Below are positions 26,551 to 40,175 of a stretch of 64,000 nt of DNA, piece after piece. The position numbers and the translations under genes were made by a program. Location of the stretch: assembly GCF_009914755.1 (NCBI RefSeq), contig NC_060932.1. The stretch is one strand, 5' to 3'. Position 1 is the stretch's first letter. Each line of letters starts with the position of its first letter. The DNA comes from the human T2T-CHM13v2.0 reference genome, Homo sapiens. Under the pieces are notes generated by a model. It was given only the letters and a program-made list of their open reading frames with translations. It did not search any database and was not told where the DNA came from.

Positions 26551-29500
26551 TTTAGTCCCCTTGGAGGAATACAACAGTTCCTAATTAGCACTTTGTGGTC
26601 CGGATGAAGTGGGGAACACAGGGCCAGAGGGGCTTTATCTCTGATCCAAGAGCATCAATCAGGCTGCTGCACTTCCCAGGTTCTTACAAATCATTGATGA
26701 AAAGAGCTTTGCGATGATGATGGTGGTGGTGAGCACGGACTATCATCTTTATCCAACCATGTGTCTTTAAGATAACTAGCTTCTTGAATGACAATGTATT
26801 TCTAATATTCATATGCTATTTACTAAAACCTTTAGTGTAGATTTTAATAAGGAAATGTGGTTTTCTCATGAATGCATGGATGCACGAAAGAATGAATGAA
26901 TAGGTGGTATGCAGGCTATAAAGATTTTTTGTGCAGCTATGCCAGACTCAGTTGGTACCAAAGGCCAGAACTACCAACTTATTGGAGAGAAAGACAAAAA
27001 AAAAAAGAAGTAATTAAAAGTGTGGCTTAGTGTAAGCACACATTTTATCCTGTAGCGCTGGTGTCACACATCTGGAGTCAGCACTTATTAAAATTCTAGA
27101 CACACTCCGATGCTCCCATCAATTCCCAATGTTTACAAGCACAATTAGTAAGAATTGCTCTAACCAGAATTGTGCAAATACTCGTCACTCAAATTGTTGC
27201 TTTCAATCTGCTAGAATAGTAGCACATTTGCAGTGGGAGTTGCTTCTTACATGCTGAGAAAGGATAAGGGGCTGAGTTTGGTTTAAAAAAAAAATTGAAG
27301 ACCATCTGAAGTCCTCCCTGAATTTGGGTCGTGAACACCAATCCAAAGGCACAATGGAGGTGAAACGGTATCTTCTTGAATTCTCGAAGTGAGCCTCAAA
27401 ATGTCAATGCCTCTGCTCATCCCGCAGACAGCTTTACCCTCTAAGTGGACTTTCACAAATCTGCCATCCATGACTTAGTCATCATCATCTTGGAAAATAA
27501 TTTTTATCTTCAGTTGATGCTTTGTCAAAATAAAGTAACAAGACCCTCTGCCAGGGCTCCTCTAGGACTATGAGTATGTTGGAAAAGCGTCATGACTGGA
27601 GAAATTCAGTTTTAAACTTTTCAGAGAAATGTTTTGAACACAGAGCCTTAGAAATTGAATAAAAATGACACATGAGATAAAGCAGTAGGCTTCTCTGAAT
27701 CTTTCAACCATGAGTGATGATCAGAAATATAAAACACATAGATTGAAAAGCTGGAGTAATCCCAGAGGGTCCCTATAATTTTAGCCCAGTAATTGTCGTA
27801 ATCAATCCCCTTCATCTACAGAACCCTGCATGAGAAACTCGATGGGAATGGATTGCTTCATTACTGAATAGAAAGGTGGGGTTCATACAGTATAAACCCA
27901 GAAGGATTTGCCAATTCACAAATTTGAGAAAACACAACCATAAGGTATGGTTGACTCCATGAAATTCGTGAAGTCAAGAACAGCAAACCTAGATAAATGC
28001 TTTCAATCCTTTCTGGAAGATGATAGAATTTCAATCCAATCAATCAAACACTGAAAGGTGGCCCGAGTACTTTTAAGACCATGTGATTCACTCCCCTACA
28101 CACACAACCACCTCAGGACAGGCATGAAAAAAAAACACACAGCAAATTACATGTCATCACATTTCAATGTCATGGGGATCGGTGTAGACATATATTTAAA
28201 TGTCAATATTGAATCTTAAAATAAGAAGGATATAGTGTCTGTCGGTGGCCATGGGGGGACTTATTGGTACACACTGGTACATTCATGGGGGCCATGAGGG
28301 CTGAGTTCCTCGGATCTGGAATCCAGGAAGTGGGAGGCTCATAGTGGCTCTTGGCAATACTCTTTCCACAGTTTGAGTCAACCTGGGTGTGCTTGAGACA
28401 GCTTGGATGCAATTTAATCTGTGTGTTTTTCTGCTTGGTTTTAATTGGGTCTTTTAAAAATGACCACTTTATGAAAGAGTGAAACAATAGGGAACATAAG
28501 GGCCCGGGATGTGCCCACCAGCACCTTCCCTGGCCAGCAAACGGATGCCCTGAGGTATGCCCTCCCACGGGGTCAGCTTCCCCCACTGTGTGGGATCCAG
28601 GCCACTCCTGTGCTCTGGCTGGGCTGAATTTGATCATGCATTCTCCACCTAGCAAGCCCGTACTGTGTATCTAAGCAGTGCTTGCCTGTGGGCGGGCAGT
28701 GGGAGGTGCAGAGTTGACTAAGACCCGGTCACTGGGTTTCAGTAGCTCATACCCCAGTAGAGCGGGAGCCCTGTGGGTGGAGGGCGGGAGGAGCAGAACT
28801 CCCCGCAATCTCCTGTCTGGCCACTGTCTCCTCAGCACCACAGGTTTCCATGCGTGCACACACACAAATGCACACGTGCACACTCACACCACACACACAT
28901 GGCCCAGCAGAAAAGCCTCACAGGGCAGCAGTCACTCCTGGAGGGGGCCTGGGCAAAGCATGACCATCAACACAGGGCACTTGAGGGCTCTCCACTCACA
29001 GGGGCTGCCCTGTCCAAGTCACATGCTGGGAAGCCTCCATTTCCCCCTCAGGTCCATTTTTCACACCTCACCACCCACTGGAAGCTGGCCCGAGAAGGCT
29101 GAACTCTACGGATTGCATCTGCCAGCTTTCCTTGCCTTCTGGCTTTCTGTAGGGTCAAGGGATTAGGAAGCATCGCAGTGGAGGTAGAACACAGTTCAGA
29201 GAGAGCGAGCGAGCACTTGTATCTGTTCCTCTCACTCCCTCCCTGCCAGGATAAGCCAGACGCTGATGATATTCTTCTTCCCAAGGCCACGGCTCTCAAG
29301 GGGGTGGGGGCTCTTTCCGGCTCTCGTGGGGGATAGTGCCTTCTTCTCCAGCTGCAGATCTTGGTTCCGAGGAACCACTCCCTCCTCTGGTGCCTTCTGT
29401 CCTAGAGGTGGTGTTGGTTCTGTTGTTGCCAGCCTCATGTTGTCATCCTGGTTGGAGCCCTTAACCCTGCCCCTTTTCAAGTATCTGATGTGTCTCCTGC

Positions 29501-29613
29501 CAGGTCCCAGCTGATATAGACGCTATGCTTATGGTAAGTCGAGATTCACACACCACCCCAAATAGACCACTCAGAATAGCAAGCATAATGGGAAAAAGAG
29601 GCAAAGTCCATAC

Positions 29614-29667
29614 CCGAAGGCCTGGTTTTCCAGGCAGACCATCTTCCCCTCTTTCTCCTGGTTCTCC
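29614..29667 (-). CDS. COL22A1: Collagen exon GEPGERGEDGLPGKPGLR (54 nt)
   Basis: ttccag|GGA ... CGG|gtatgg; Gly-X-Y. Confidence 0.93.
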
Positions 29668-30477
29668 CTGGAAGGAATACAGAGCAAAGTTAATAGGAGA
29701 CGGGCCATGCTTGGATTAAACACACAAAGTACTAGGCACAGGTTGGAAGGAAGAGAACTACCTGCACTCGGGTGGTTTTGAACTGCTTCAACTCTGCGAT
29801 TACCTAACCACAGTCATCAAACACAGCAGCTCATTCAGCCTCCTAGGTTCCATATTCAATAGCTGTAATTTTGATTTAGAAAAATATAATTGAGGAGAAT
29901 TGGCATTCTCTCTTATTGAGAGATTTAGAAGAAAGGAAGATGTTGCATAAGTGTTTCTAAGAATAAAAAAAATACTTGGTCAGCCATGATCCTTTGTCTC
30001 AAAAGACGGGAAAGAAAAAAATTCACAATATTTACATTCAATGCCTAGAAAACTAAATTAAATCCACACTTATTCTGTATTTTGCCATGAAGTTGACCTT
30101 GTAAGTCTGTTTATTGAAAAATGACAACACATTTTCCCGTAATATTCAACAGTTGCCTTTCCAAGTTGCCTTTCAAGGACTGTTGAGGTGCATACTTGAG
30201 TCTGGGTGTGCTCACAGGAAAGAATAAAGTTCATTTGTTCATTTGCTAAAATACTGGTATGGTTGTATAATAATTCATTTAAAGTATTGAAACCTGTATT
30301 TGCTCCCCAGTTTTATGCTATTTAACCTTTGACTCTTACCTTAATAATTCTACCATAAGCCCCACCAGAACATTGTTAAAATTGAAATCTCTTATTATGT
30401 TAGTAAGAGTATTTAGAAGTTTTCCTCCTTGAAAATAAAATAAATACATAAATAAACGTATTTCTAACAGATCAAAT

Positions 30478-30698
<221 letters not shown>

Positions 30699-30909
30699 TA
30701 AAGCCTAGGGCTTCTAAATCCTTCTGCAGTTATCTGAGAATAAATAAGGAGCCTTCCCCCATCTGACCCCATAAATCCAAACATTTCAACTGAATCCTGA
30801 TCGAAGACCCAGGCAATTGACTTGTTGTAGAATTCACCAACAATCAAGCATCTCTTTAGTTTCTGTGTTTTGGGTTCCCAAACTGGTGCCAACCGCATCA
30901 GTGACCAAC

Positions 30910-30963
30910 CTTGGTTCCTGGCGGACCTGGTGGTCCATTTGGCCCGTCCTTTCCAGGGGGTCC
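30910..30963 (-). CDS. COL22A1: Collagen exon GPPGKDGPNGPPGPPGTK (54 nt)
   Basis: cccag|GGA ... AAG|gttggt; Gly-X-Y. Confidence 0.92.
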
Positions 30964-31724
30964 CTGGGCCAAGAGGGGAAAACATAAATAAAAAGGAAAG
31001 GCATATTTAGGAAAGGCTTACATTAAGTTGTTTCAAACCAGGAGCTGTTTTTGCAGCCAGAATGCAGGAGGCTCGGGCGTCTGCTCTTTGATCAGCAGGG
31101 CCCTGTCTCCAGAGCGACTGTGGTCTCTGTCTGACCACATTTCCCTTTGTTACTACTGAAGCAAATATCACCCTCTGGGCAATGTCTGATTTTCAGTACA
31201 CTGGCCATGCATGGAGGGTGGGGGCGTGGGAGGACATCTGCCAAATCTTGCTCTGATGGTTCTATTTCTACCCTCAGCTTCCAGGAGGCCCTGGGGACAA
31301 CAATGTCCACACTGCTCCTCCTCTCTCCTCTCCAGAATCTTTTTGCCATCTTGTATCTTCCTTCCCACTGCTATCCTCCCTTCCTCTTGTCCTTCAAAAA
31401 AGCAAAACCTCAATCTCTCAGCATGGTTTGGCATTACTGCCTGTTATTTCGAATGCCAGCACTGAGGAGCTCCACGTTATACTTTCCAACACCAGGAGTT
31501 TCCTTCTACCATGAGGATATGGCAGGACAGGTGTTACTGCAGCTGTTTGCAGGTGAGGAGATGAAGGCTCTGCAGGCTGAGTGACTCACTCAAGGTCACA
31601 GAGCTGGTGACTGGGACCTGCAAGGTTTAACGGACTCCACCTCCAGGCTCCTTCCACTACACCAGAGACACTTCATCTTCTCCTTTTCCTCTGTGCCTTA
31701 AATGATATCGGGTCACATGGGGGC

Positions 31725-31950
31725 GGGGGGGGGGGGTGGTGGAAAACACACCCTGGGGCCTGTTGGGGTGTGGAGGGAGGTGTGCAGGGGGAGGGAGAGC
31801 ATCAGGAAGAATAGCTAATGTATGCTGGGCTTAATACCCAGGTGATGGGTTGATCTATGCAGCAAACCACCATGGCACATGTTTACCTATGTAACAAGCT
31901 TGCACATCCTGCACACGTACCCTGGAACTTAAAAGTTGAAGGAAAAAAAA
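31725..31950 (+). mobile_element. 5'-truncated L1PA 3'UTR fragment
   Basis: ggagagcatcaggaagaatagctaatg...ggtgatgggttgatc...aaaccaccatggcacatgtttacctatgtaac...aacttaaaa. Confidence 0.85.
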
Positions 31951-33489
31951 ATGTGTCAGGCACACACACTCTTCCCCATGACTGACATTAGGGAAATCAT
32001 TTCCCCCAGCGGAATATCTTCTGTGCTATTGCTTTCAGAGCTATTAGTGCTGTTCAAAAGTGAACGTTTTTTATAACCCTGGTGATTCTTCCACCCACAG
32101 AACCTGCTGCCACCCAATTTGACTCATCTCTCCCTGTGCCTCCAGCTTGGACTGGCGACTAGTGAAAAGACAGCCCCGCCTGCACAGAGCAGGTGTCCTG
32201 GAAGCCAAGGCTTTAGGAAGGCAGGAGGAAGGGCTTTTGAGGGGATTAAGGCTGCCTGAGTCAATGAAAGCAGGATCTTGACCAGGAGCAAATGCCAAGG
32301 CCAGAAGCTGTGCTTCAAACCTTCTGTGGCTACAGCTGCATCTTGACAGATGAGAAATGCTCACAGTGTCTTTCTTCCTCTAACACGCTCCCCTCCTCTG
32401 AATGTTCACACCGATCTGCATACTTTCTGATGAGCCCTTTGGATCGGATGGGATTGCTCATGTGTTTGAGCTTTCAGATGATCCCGTCACTCATGGAAAA
32501 TGTTTATTGGTGACGTTGCAGTTGACTGTGTGTTTAGAAACGTTTGCCGGTGATGGTGCCATTCAGCCAGTGTTCCTCCCACACGCAATCAGATCACCTG
32601 AGTGCCCAGCGCGGCACTGAATTCATGTCCAGTACCCTTTGGCATGCTGCACTGGGGAGCAACAGAGCTGGGGAGGACGCTGGTGTTACCACGACCACAG
32701 GCCCCCTGGGCGCCTTGATCCACATTCTCCCATGGATCTGTGCTCCATGGAGAAGTGGGGAGACCTGCCCCATGTGTTACCCAATCTGCTTCACCTCCGC
32801 CTCACCCCTCCTCCAGCATCAGGAGCCTTCCAGCTGGGGCCTTCCCCATCTGGGCTCAATGAGGGAGAACTAGCTGTAAGGAAATCCCTTTAAGGTGGCC
32901 CAGGGGCCTCCCTGAGGGTAGATCATGAGATCTACCCAGGTCTCAGCCCACGTCATCCATCATCCTGCCCTAAAGAGCTGCAAGCCAACTTTAACTGTGC
33001 CCCTCCTATCTGGGGAGACATTAATGTTTTCTAAGCTCCACCTGCCCCCTAAGATCCCCCAGGTCTCTCAGTTTGCAAGGGAGAAAACATGATCAGGATC
33101 GTAATGGGAAGGGCTGCCACACAGCTCCCCGCCTGTTGCTTCTGGTCCCCTCTGGGTATTCCTCAAGGACAAGCGGTCATGCCTTCAGCAGCAAAGGACT
33201 CTTGAATGTGTCTTTTGGTGAAAAGAGAAAGGTCAGTGGCCTAGGGACTGTGGTCCTAATCCGCACCCTGGCCAGGGCACACAGGGAGCCTTCCCACAGA
33301 CAGGGCACTAGCACGAGTGAGCCACCACAGAAAGAAGACCCAGCTGAGCTCCGGGGCTGCAGGCCTTGCTGGCCAAGGAGTCCTCAGCTCTAGGAAAGTG
33401 GCTCTGGGCCAGCTGCAAGGGCTCAGTGCTCCCCCCAGAGCAATGGGGAGAGGGAGGAGGGGAGCAGGAAGATGTTTCCGAACACTCAC

Positions 33490-33543
33490 CGTGGGCCCAG
33501 GAGGTCCAGGCTTTCCCGGGAAGCCGATCTCTCCAGGCAAACC
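33490..33543 (-). CDS. COL22A1: Collagen exon GLPGEIGFPGKPGPPGPT (54 nt)
   Basis: tttcag|GGT ... ACG|gtgagt; peptide visible in ORF 33256..33558(-). Confidence 0.94.
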
Positions 33544-34261
33544 CTGAAAGGGGACCACATGGACACTGTTAGCCTGGCCTGTTCAGAGATCAGATCATTG
33601 ACTCAACCTCTTTCCTGGCATGGGCCCAGGCCTCTGGGTCTGAGGAGGGCACCCTGGGGCCTCTACTGTCCTTGGTCATCCGCTGTGAAACGCGGAGTTG
33701 TTGCACCTCTGAAGTTGACACGTCCGTGGCTTGTGCGGCCTGCAGTCGGGGCGTCCTTCCTATCCAATGCCACCTGCCGGGACAGAGGGAGCTGCCTCCC
33801 TCTGCTGATGGCAGGGCCTGACCCACTCCGTAGGTGGGTGTGGATTCTCCCCACTCCCCCATGCCCACTTTCAGGACACTTTTTCAGCAGCCCCAAAAGA
33901 TGGGAGGGGAAATGTTAGCAAATGCTTGCCCGGGTCCTCTGTTTTGCCTCAAAGCCAAATCACAAACTACAAAAAGACATCCGAATGGGCAACCCCAGGC
34001 TAACATGCCTTCTACATGCTGGACTCTGGAGGCAGCCACCAAAGTGCCACATTAGCTCCAGTGATACTCTAACCTAAGGGTTCCGAAGGTCGGAGAGTCC
34101 AGAAGCTGGCGGTTCTACGTGTCGGGGTCCTCCTGTGTGTGTTTTTGCACTGGACTTGGGTGGATAAAAGACAAGAGGCCATTCACAAAGATGTCCCCAG
34201 GTCCCACAGGCCAGGAAACCACCATCTAAGAGCCCCTGTAGAAAATCAAAGCCAGTCTTAC

Positions 34262-34315
34262 CGGAGAACCTCCCGGTCCAGGGGGGCCTGGGACACCAGG
34301 GGGTCCTGGAGGGCC
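34262..34315 (-). CDS. COL22A1: Collagen exon GPPGPPGVPGPPGPGGSP (54 nt)
   Basis: tacag|GGC ... CCG|gtaaga; Gly-X-Y. Confidence 0.93.
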
Positions 34316-34626
34316 CTGTAGAGAAAGAGCATTTGGTGGGCTACAGATGGGTCCTGATGAGCCTCCTAGGGACAGTGGGCATTTGAAAGAGGCAAAGGGA
34401 AGGGGACAGGAGGATGAGGTGGGATTTTAACTTTATTTGTAATGCCTGATTTTTCAAACAAAAATAAGCAAAAGCAAAAGGAAAAGATTGGAACCAAAAT
34501 TTGCAAAATGCTAACATTTCATATTTGGGTGATGGGCATGCCATCGCCTGTAATATTATCTATTCTGCTATATATTCAAAATGTTTGAACATTTAATGTA
34601 AATACATATATGTGTGCACATGTGCA

Positions 34627-34627
<1 letters not shown>

Positions 34628-34660
<33 letters not shown>
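34628..34660. repeat. (CA)n microsatellite
   Basis: About 16 CA units. Confidence 0.92.
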
Positions 34661-34663
<3 letters not shown>

Positions 34664-34692
34664 TCTGACCCATGCATAAAGGCCTTCCAGAA

Positions 34693-34850
34693 GAGTGCTT
34701 CTCAATCATGAGTCATTGAGCAGGGCTGGCGCCAGGATCAGAATCACCAGGGGTGAGTAAAAAGATCTCACGCCCAGGCCTTCTGGTTCTCTAGGTATGG
34801 GGTGAGTGGGTCTCGCATCTGTACTTGTGAAGGTTCCCCCGTGATTCTAT
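34693..34850. mobile_element. MER5-like hAT DNA transposon relic
   Basis: agtgcttctcaa...atcagaatcacc...cccagg...catctgt...tcccccgtgattct. Confidence 0.5.
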
Positions 34851-35070
34851 GGAGATCAGTCCTCACAGCTGCTTGACAGATGTAGATTCTTGTGCTATTT
34901 AAATCATTCATGGTCTACACTTAAACTTTGGGGCATCTTCACAGGCCAGGAACAGAAGCAGGTACTGTTAGCAAACAGAAACGTAAGACCCGTTTCCAAG
35001 CTCCTGTCTTGGTTGAGGGGGAGGGCTGGGGAGGGGAGAAACATGTAGACAAATAATTACGGTAGAAAAG

Positions 35071-35420
<350 letters not shown>

Positions 35421-36410
35421 CTAGGTCCAGGGGGTCCTGGGACACCAGGTCGTTCTTGCACCTGGGAGTGATGCTGCACTCAGAGGGATGAAGGCAAGTG
35501 GGCAGAGAAGGCACCTGAGTACTGAAGAAAGCCCGAGAAATAAACAACAAGGCAGGTGGGCTGCATTCATAAAGGCCGGCTGCTGTTGAAGGTATTGCGT
35601 TTTGAATGACAGCCAACAGTTCCACATGAAGAGAGTGTGGGCCTGCACAGGGCAGATGGAGGCTGAGCCAGGACCTCAGAGGCCACGGGCTGTCATAGTG
35701 AGGAGGAGCGACTTTGCCGTGAAGGTCTTGGAAGTAACTGAAGGAGCACAAGAAGACGTGTATGGTCACACGTGTGTCCAGGAAAGCAGCCTGCAGTCTG
35801 GGGTGACCAGAGGGAGGAAGGGTGGACATGGGGTTATAAGCAGGGGCGAGCTGGAATCACACAACACCAGGGCTGGGAGGGAGAGTGGATGTGGCGTTCT
35901 GCATATATCCAGGTTCCTGATAGTCCTCACGCAGGGACCCGCTCATTTTAGAACAGCCAGTGATCCCACAGCTGAACCACCTTCAGTGGCTCTGATTTTC
36001 TAAAGGGTAGTGCTCTTCCAAGCGAGTTCACCACGCCCTCCTCCCTCAGCTCCAGCACCACAGCGTCCAGAAGGTGCAGATGACTTTTCTAGCTCAGGTT
36101 TCTCTCTGGATACCCCCTCCCCTCCCCTCCTCCCACACCTCCCTTCTGAGCCATCTCCACCTTTCTGAGATGGTCTCCAATTCCCCAGTGGAATTAAACT
36201 CTCCCTGCTCCGTGCTCAAAACCAACTTAACTGTGCTGATCTGATCCACAGATCCTCGAGGGCAGGCCCTTCTTGTTCCCCCTGCACCTCACACAGTGAT
36301 TATCCTAGGGTGTGGCATCCAGCAGGCGCTCAGTAAATGCTTGAGGCAATCTCCTGAATTGAGCCAGAAGCCGAGAGCCTGGGTTTGCATTCAGAAAGAA
36401 CAACACTGCA

Positions 36411-36429
36411 TGGCCACTAGAGGGCGAGA
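36411..36429 (+). promoter_or_regulatory. CTCF core-motif match
   Basis: TGGCCACTAGAGGGCGAGA vs consensus TGGCCACCAGGGGGCGCTA; motif only. Confidence 0.6.
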
Positions 36430-36884
36430 AATACCAAAAAATGGCAGAGGTGGCCGCATCGGTGAACTGTTCCCCTTTCTCCCTCTGGGGGCACCCGTGA
36501 GTCAGAAAACAGGCATAGACCAGGACCATTTACTGAACAGGATTTGGGGGCACCTGGACCTAGTTTTCTCGGCAGCTCGCTCCGTCCTGGCAAGTCTTAG
36601 GGGTAGCATCTTCCCTCATCAGACACATTTGTTCACAGCTGGAGCAACGGAGGGGCAGGGCAGGGCTGCAGGGTGCCCTGGGCAGGTTCCAACCTGGGTC
36701 CTCCCTAATGGACGAGGGCTGCTGGAAGGCTTTAAAGAAGCCTCCCGGCCTTGCTGTATCGTGGGCTGAGCCTTACTACCTCCACAGACTGCTCCAGCTT
36801 GGCCCCTCACTTCTCTCAGCAAAGCAAGAGCCCTGCAGTGACACTCACAGCTCCCACACACTCCAGAGGCACATTCCAGGCAAT

Positions 36885-37172
36885 GTTTTTTTGTTTTTGT
36901 TTTTGTTTTTTGAGATAGGGTCTTGCTCTGTTGCCCAGGCTGGAGTGCAGGGGTGCAATCATAGCTCACTGCAGCCTCCAATTCCTTGGCTCAAGTGATC
37001 CTCCTGCCTCAGCCTCCTGAGTAGCTGAGACTACAGGCGTGTGCTACCATGCCTAATTTTATGATTTTTTTGTAGAAACAGGGACTTGCTATATTGCACA
37101 GGCCGATCTTGAACTCCTGGGCTCAAGCAATCCTCTGCCTCAGCCTCCCAAAGCACTGGGGTTATGGGGGTG
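36885..37172 (-). mobile_element. AluJ
   Basis: T-tract then gagatagggtcttgctctgttgcccaggctggagtgcag...atcatagctcactgcagcc. Confidence 0.88.
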
Positions 37173-37609
37173 ACAGGTGATCTAATTTTACCTCAACACG
37201 GTCTTTGAGGGCCTCATAGCACCCCAAGCCCACAGAGCATATCCGAAGGCCCTTCCCAAGCATACAGGAGTCTCTTTGTTAGCAGTCTGAATGAACAATT
37301 CAGTTCCCTTCCCTCCTTACATGTCTAAGGATGCCGATGACCTCTGGAGTGTTTTATGCTTTTTCAAAAAAGGTGAGCCCAGGAAGCCGGCCCCCTGACC
37401 AGCCCCTCGCTCTGGCCCTGCTTGCCTTCCTCCTTTGCCCCTTGCGAACACCCTTGCCCTGCTGCTGCTTGCTAGTTTTGGAGTCTCATAGCACGTTAGA
37501 GGTGATGGCTCTTTAGCGGTCTCCTAGTGGAAATTAAACCTCCTTGTCTGACAATGAAGAAAACTGAGGCCCAAAGAGGGTCAGGACCCACTTTAGGTCA
37601 CACAGCCAT

Positions 37610-37765
37610 CATCTCTGGCTGCTGCAGATACACCTGGAGGGCCTGTCACAAATGCAGGTACACAGAACCCTTGTTTAGATTCAGAGACAGCAGGTCAGGG
37701 ACAGGCCCCAAGGGTCAGTGACTTTTGAGACACCAGGTAATTCTGATGAGCTGCCAGGTTTGGGC
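37610..37765. mobile_element. MER5-like DNA transposon relic
   Basis: cacctggagggc...agattcag...caggtaattctgatg...ccaggtttggg. Confidence 0.5.
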
Positions 37766-39880
37766 ATGACTCGTCCAGGCCAGCTCCGTATTCCATCACC
37801 ACCACCACTAGCACTGCTGATGAGCCCGTGAGCATAACATCCCAGGAAGAAGCACAACCCGGGAGAGAGAAAAAAACCAGAAAGGCAGGACAAGGGGCTC
37901 GGCCACCTCCATTCAGTGTATGCTCCACCTGTGTTTCATACACCAGCTCATTCCAGCCCTCCACTGGCCATGGGAGGCTGGGCTTTTTCATTAAATTTAC
38001 AGAGGAGGAAAATGAACTGATATTAGATAAAGCTCATATATGGATACAGCACCCTGATCCCTTCTCTCCTCCCAAGCCCAGTACCCCAGCCTTGCAAACT
38101 GTCTGTACAGTCCCCACTCAAGGACACGGGTCTCACCCTGCTGTTACAGCCCCTTTCCACCCTTTAACACAATGAGATCTCCTAAAAGACTCTGCATGTT
38201 AAGGGAGACTAGAACTTAGGGCTCTAAATATGGGTTTGAAGATCTCAAAGTCTATCTCCCTGGTAAGACCACAGCAACTGGTTCCATGCTATGCACACAG
38301 CAGAGGTTGAGTCACTGTCTGCTTGTTTGATGCTGTACACTTCGGAAAGAGAGGGAAAGCCTACCCAGTCATTAAACCTAGCAACTGCCGTAGCCATTTA
38401 CAGAGAGAGAGAAGCTGGAAGCAGCTGGAAGCAACTGTCTGAAAGTCTGGAAAGCTCTTCCAGGAGGGATCACAAAAAGGGTGAGGTGATTTGCTTCCAG
38501 CCTCTTTTCCAATTTACAGGGGACGTGCTCACAAGTCCAAGTGGGAAACGCCAGGTGTGGTGGCAGGAGGGAACAGCCCTCAGGATCCAGCTGCAGCCAA
38601 CCTACCCCAGACCCTGGTCTCTTGGCCATGCTCTGCCTTCAGATGGCCACAGAGAGCCACACAGTGTGGGCAGAAACTCTAAATAGAGCAGCCGCCTCGC
38701 CTTGGGGGTTACATTCAGCCTTGTCCTGATTACCACACAGGTGCTGAAGCTGGGACTTCAGCTCTGGCATAACTCGCTTTGTTTCTGACACAGCCTCAGG
38801 CCAGCTGTGGGGAGGGCTGGTGAGGGAGGGGTAGGAGGACAGGAGCATCCTGTGAGGACCTGGACGTGAGGGCCTTTCAGCCCACGGCTAGGATAGCTAT
38901 TTCTACTTTGGCACTCCCCCAAAAGGAAGGGAGAAAACTGAATTTCCTAAAGCACTGACTATATGCTTGGCATCCTACAAGGATTTTGTCCATATTACCA
39001 CAAGGCCCCTGGACAGTATCTGTCTCCCTGCCCATGTGCAGGTCCCTGCACTCAGGGTCTGGGAAGATTCACACCTTGGATGGAAGAGGGTGTCAACAGG
39101 TGACAGGGTGTGGGTGATGCCTTTAAAGGGAGAGGGGCAGTGGGCAGGCACAGCTTTGATCCTTAAAGCCAAGGACCTGCACTATCCTGGAGCACCTGGA
39201 AGAAGTTATCCCTGGAGACCCAGTATGGCGGTGGGCAGGGCTCCTTCCCCCAGCCAACGCCTACTACGTACCGCTGTGTTCTCTCTGGGGTCTTAAGACA
39301 ACTCAGCCCTCCACTCCAGAAAATTACAGCCTAGTAAGACACATAAAACACAGGCCTCTGGTGTCCCGGGAAAAGCATCAGAGGGCTTAGGATCGAAGGC
39401 AGGGTTATATTTTGAGCAGCTGTGTGACTTACGGCAAGGGTTTCTAAAAATATATAGTAGGTACAAAAATACTTTCTGTGCAGAATTGTTTTGTATAAAA
39501 ACCATGGCTTCCGGCATGTAGCAGAATTCATGAGATACCTGTTGAAAAGAATGAAAACAGAGAGACAAAAGAGGTGCTCGAAGGCCACGGAGCTCAGAGG
39601 AAGGCATGGTAGAGAAATCAGGAGCATCTCGAAAAGTGGGGTGAGCTTGCTGTGGAAGGGCTTAGTAGGGCCTGAACAGAGGGGAGTGGAATAGGAGAGG
39701 AAGGAAGCCACAGGAGGATGGAGCTGCTGAGCCATGGCTAGATGGGAGGGGGAGGGGAGGAAGAGACACACACACCCGGGGCAAGAAAACAAGGCTTTGT
39801 CTTCGAGGGAGCACAAAAATAATAGAGGTGGCATCAAAGAGTGACACAAAAAGACTTATGCTTAGAAAGACACATTTCTA

Positions 39881-40175
<295 letters not shown>

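Noticed and set aside
39184-39220. Plus-strand PGAPGR collagen-like peptide
   Set aside because: Wrong strand for the gene, only two triplets, no splice sites
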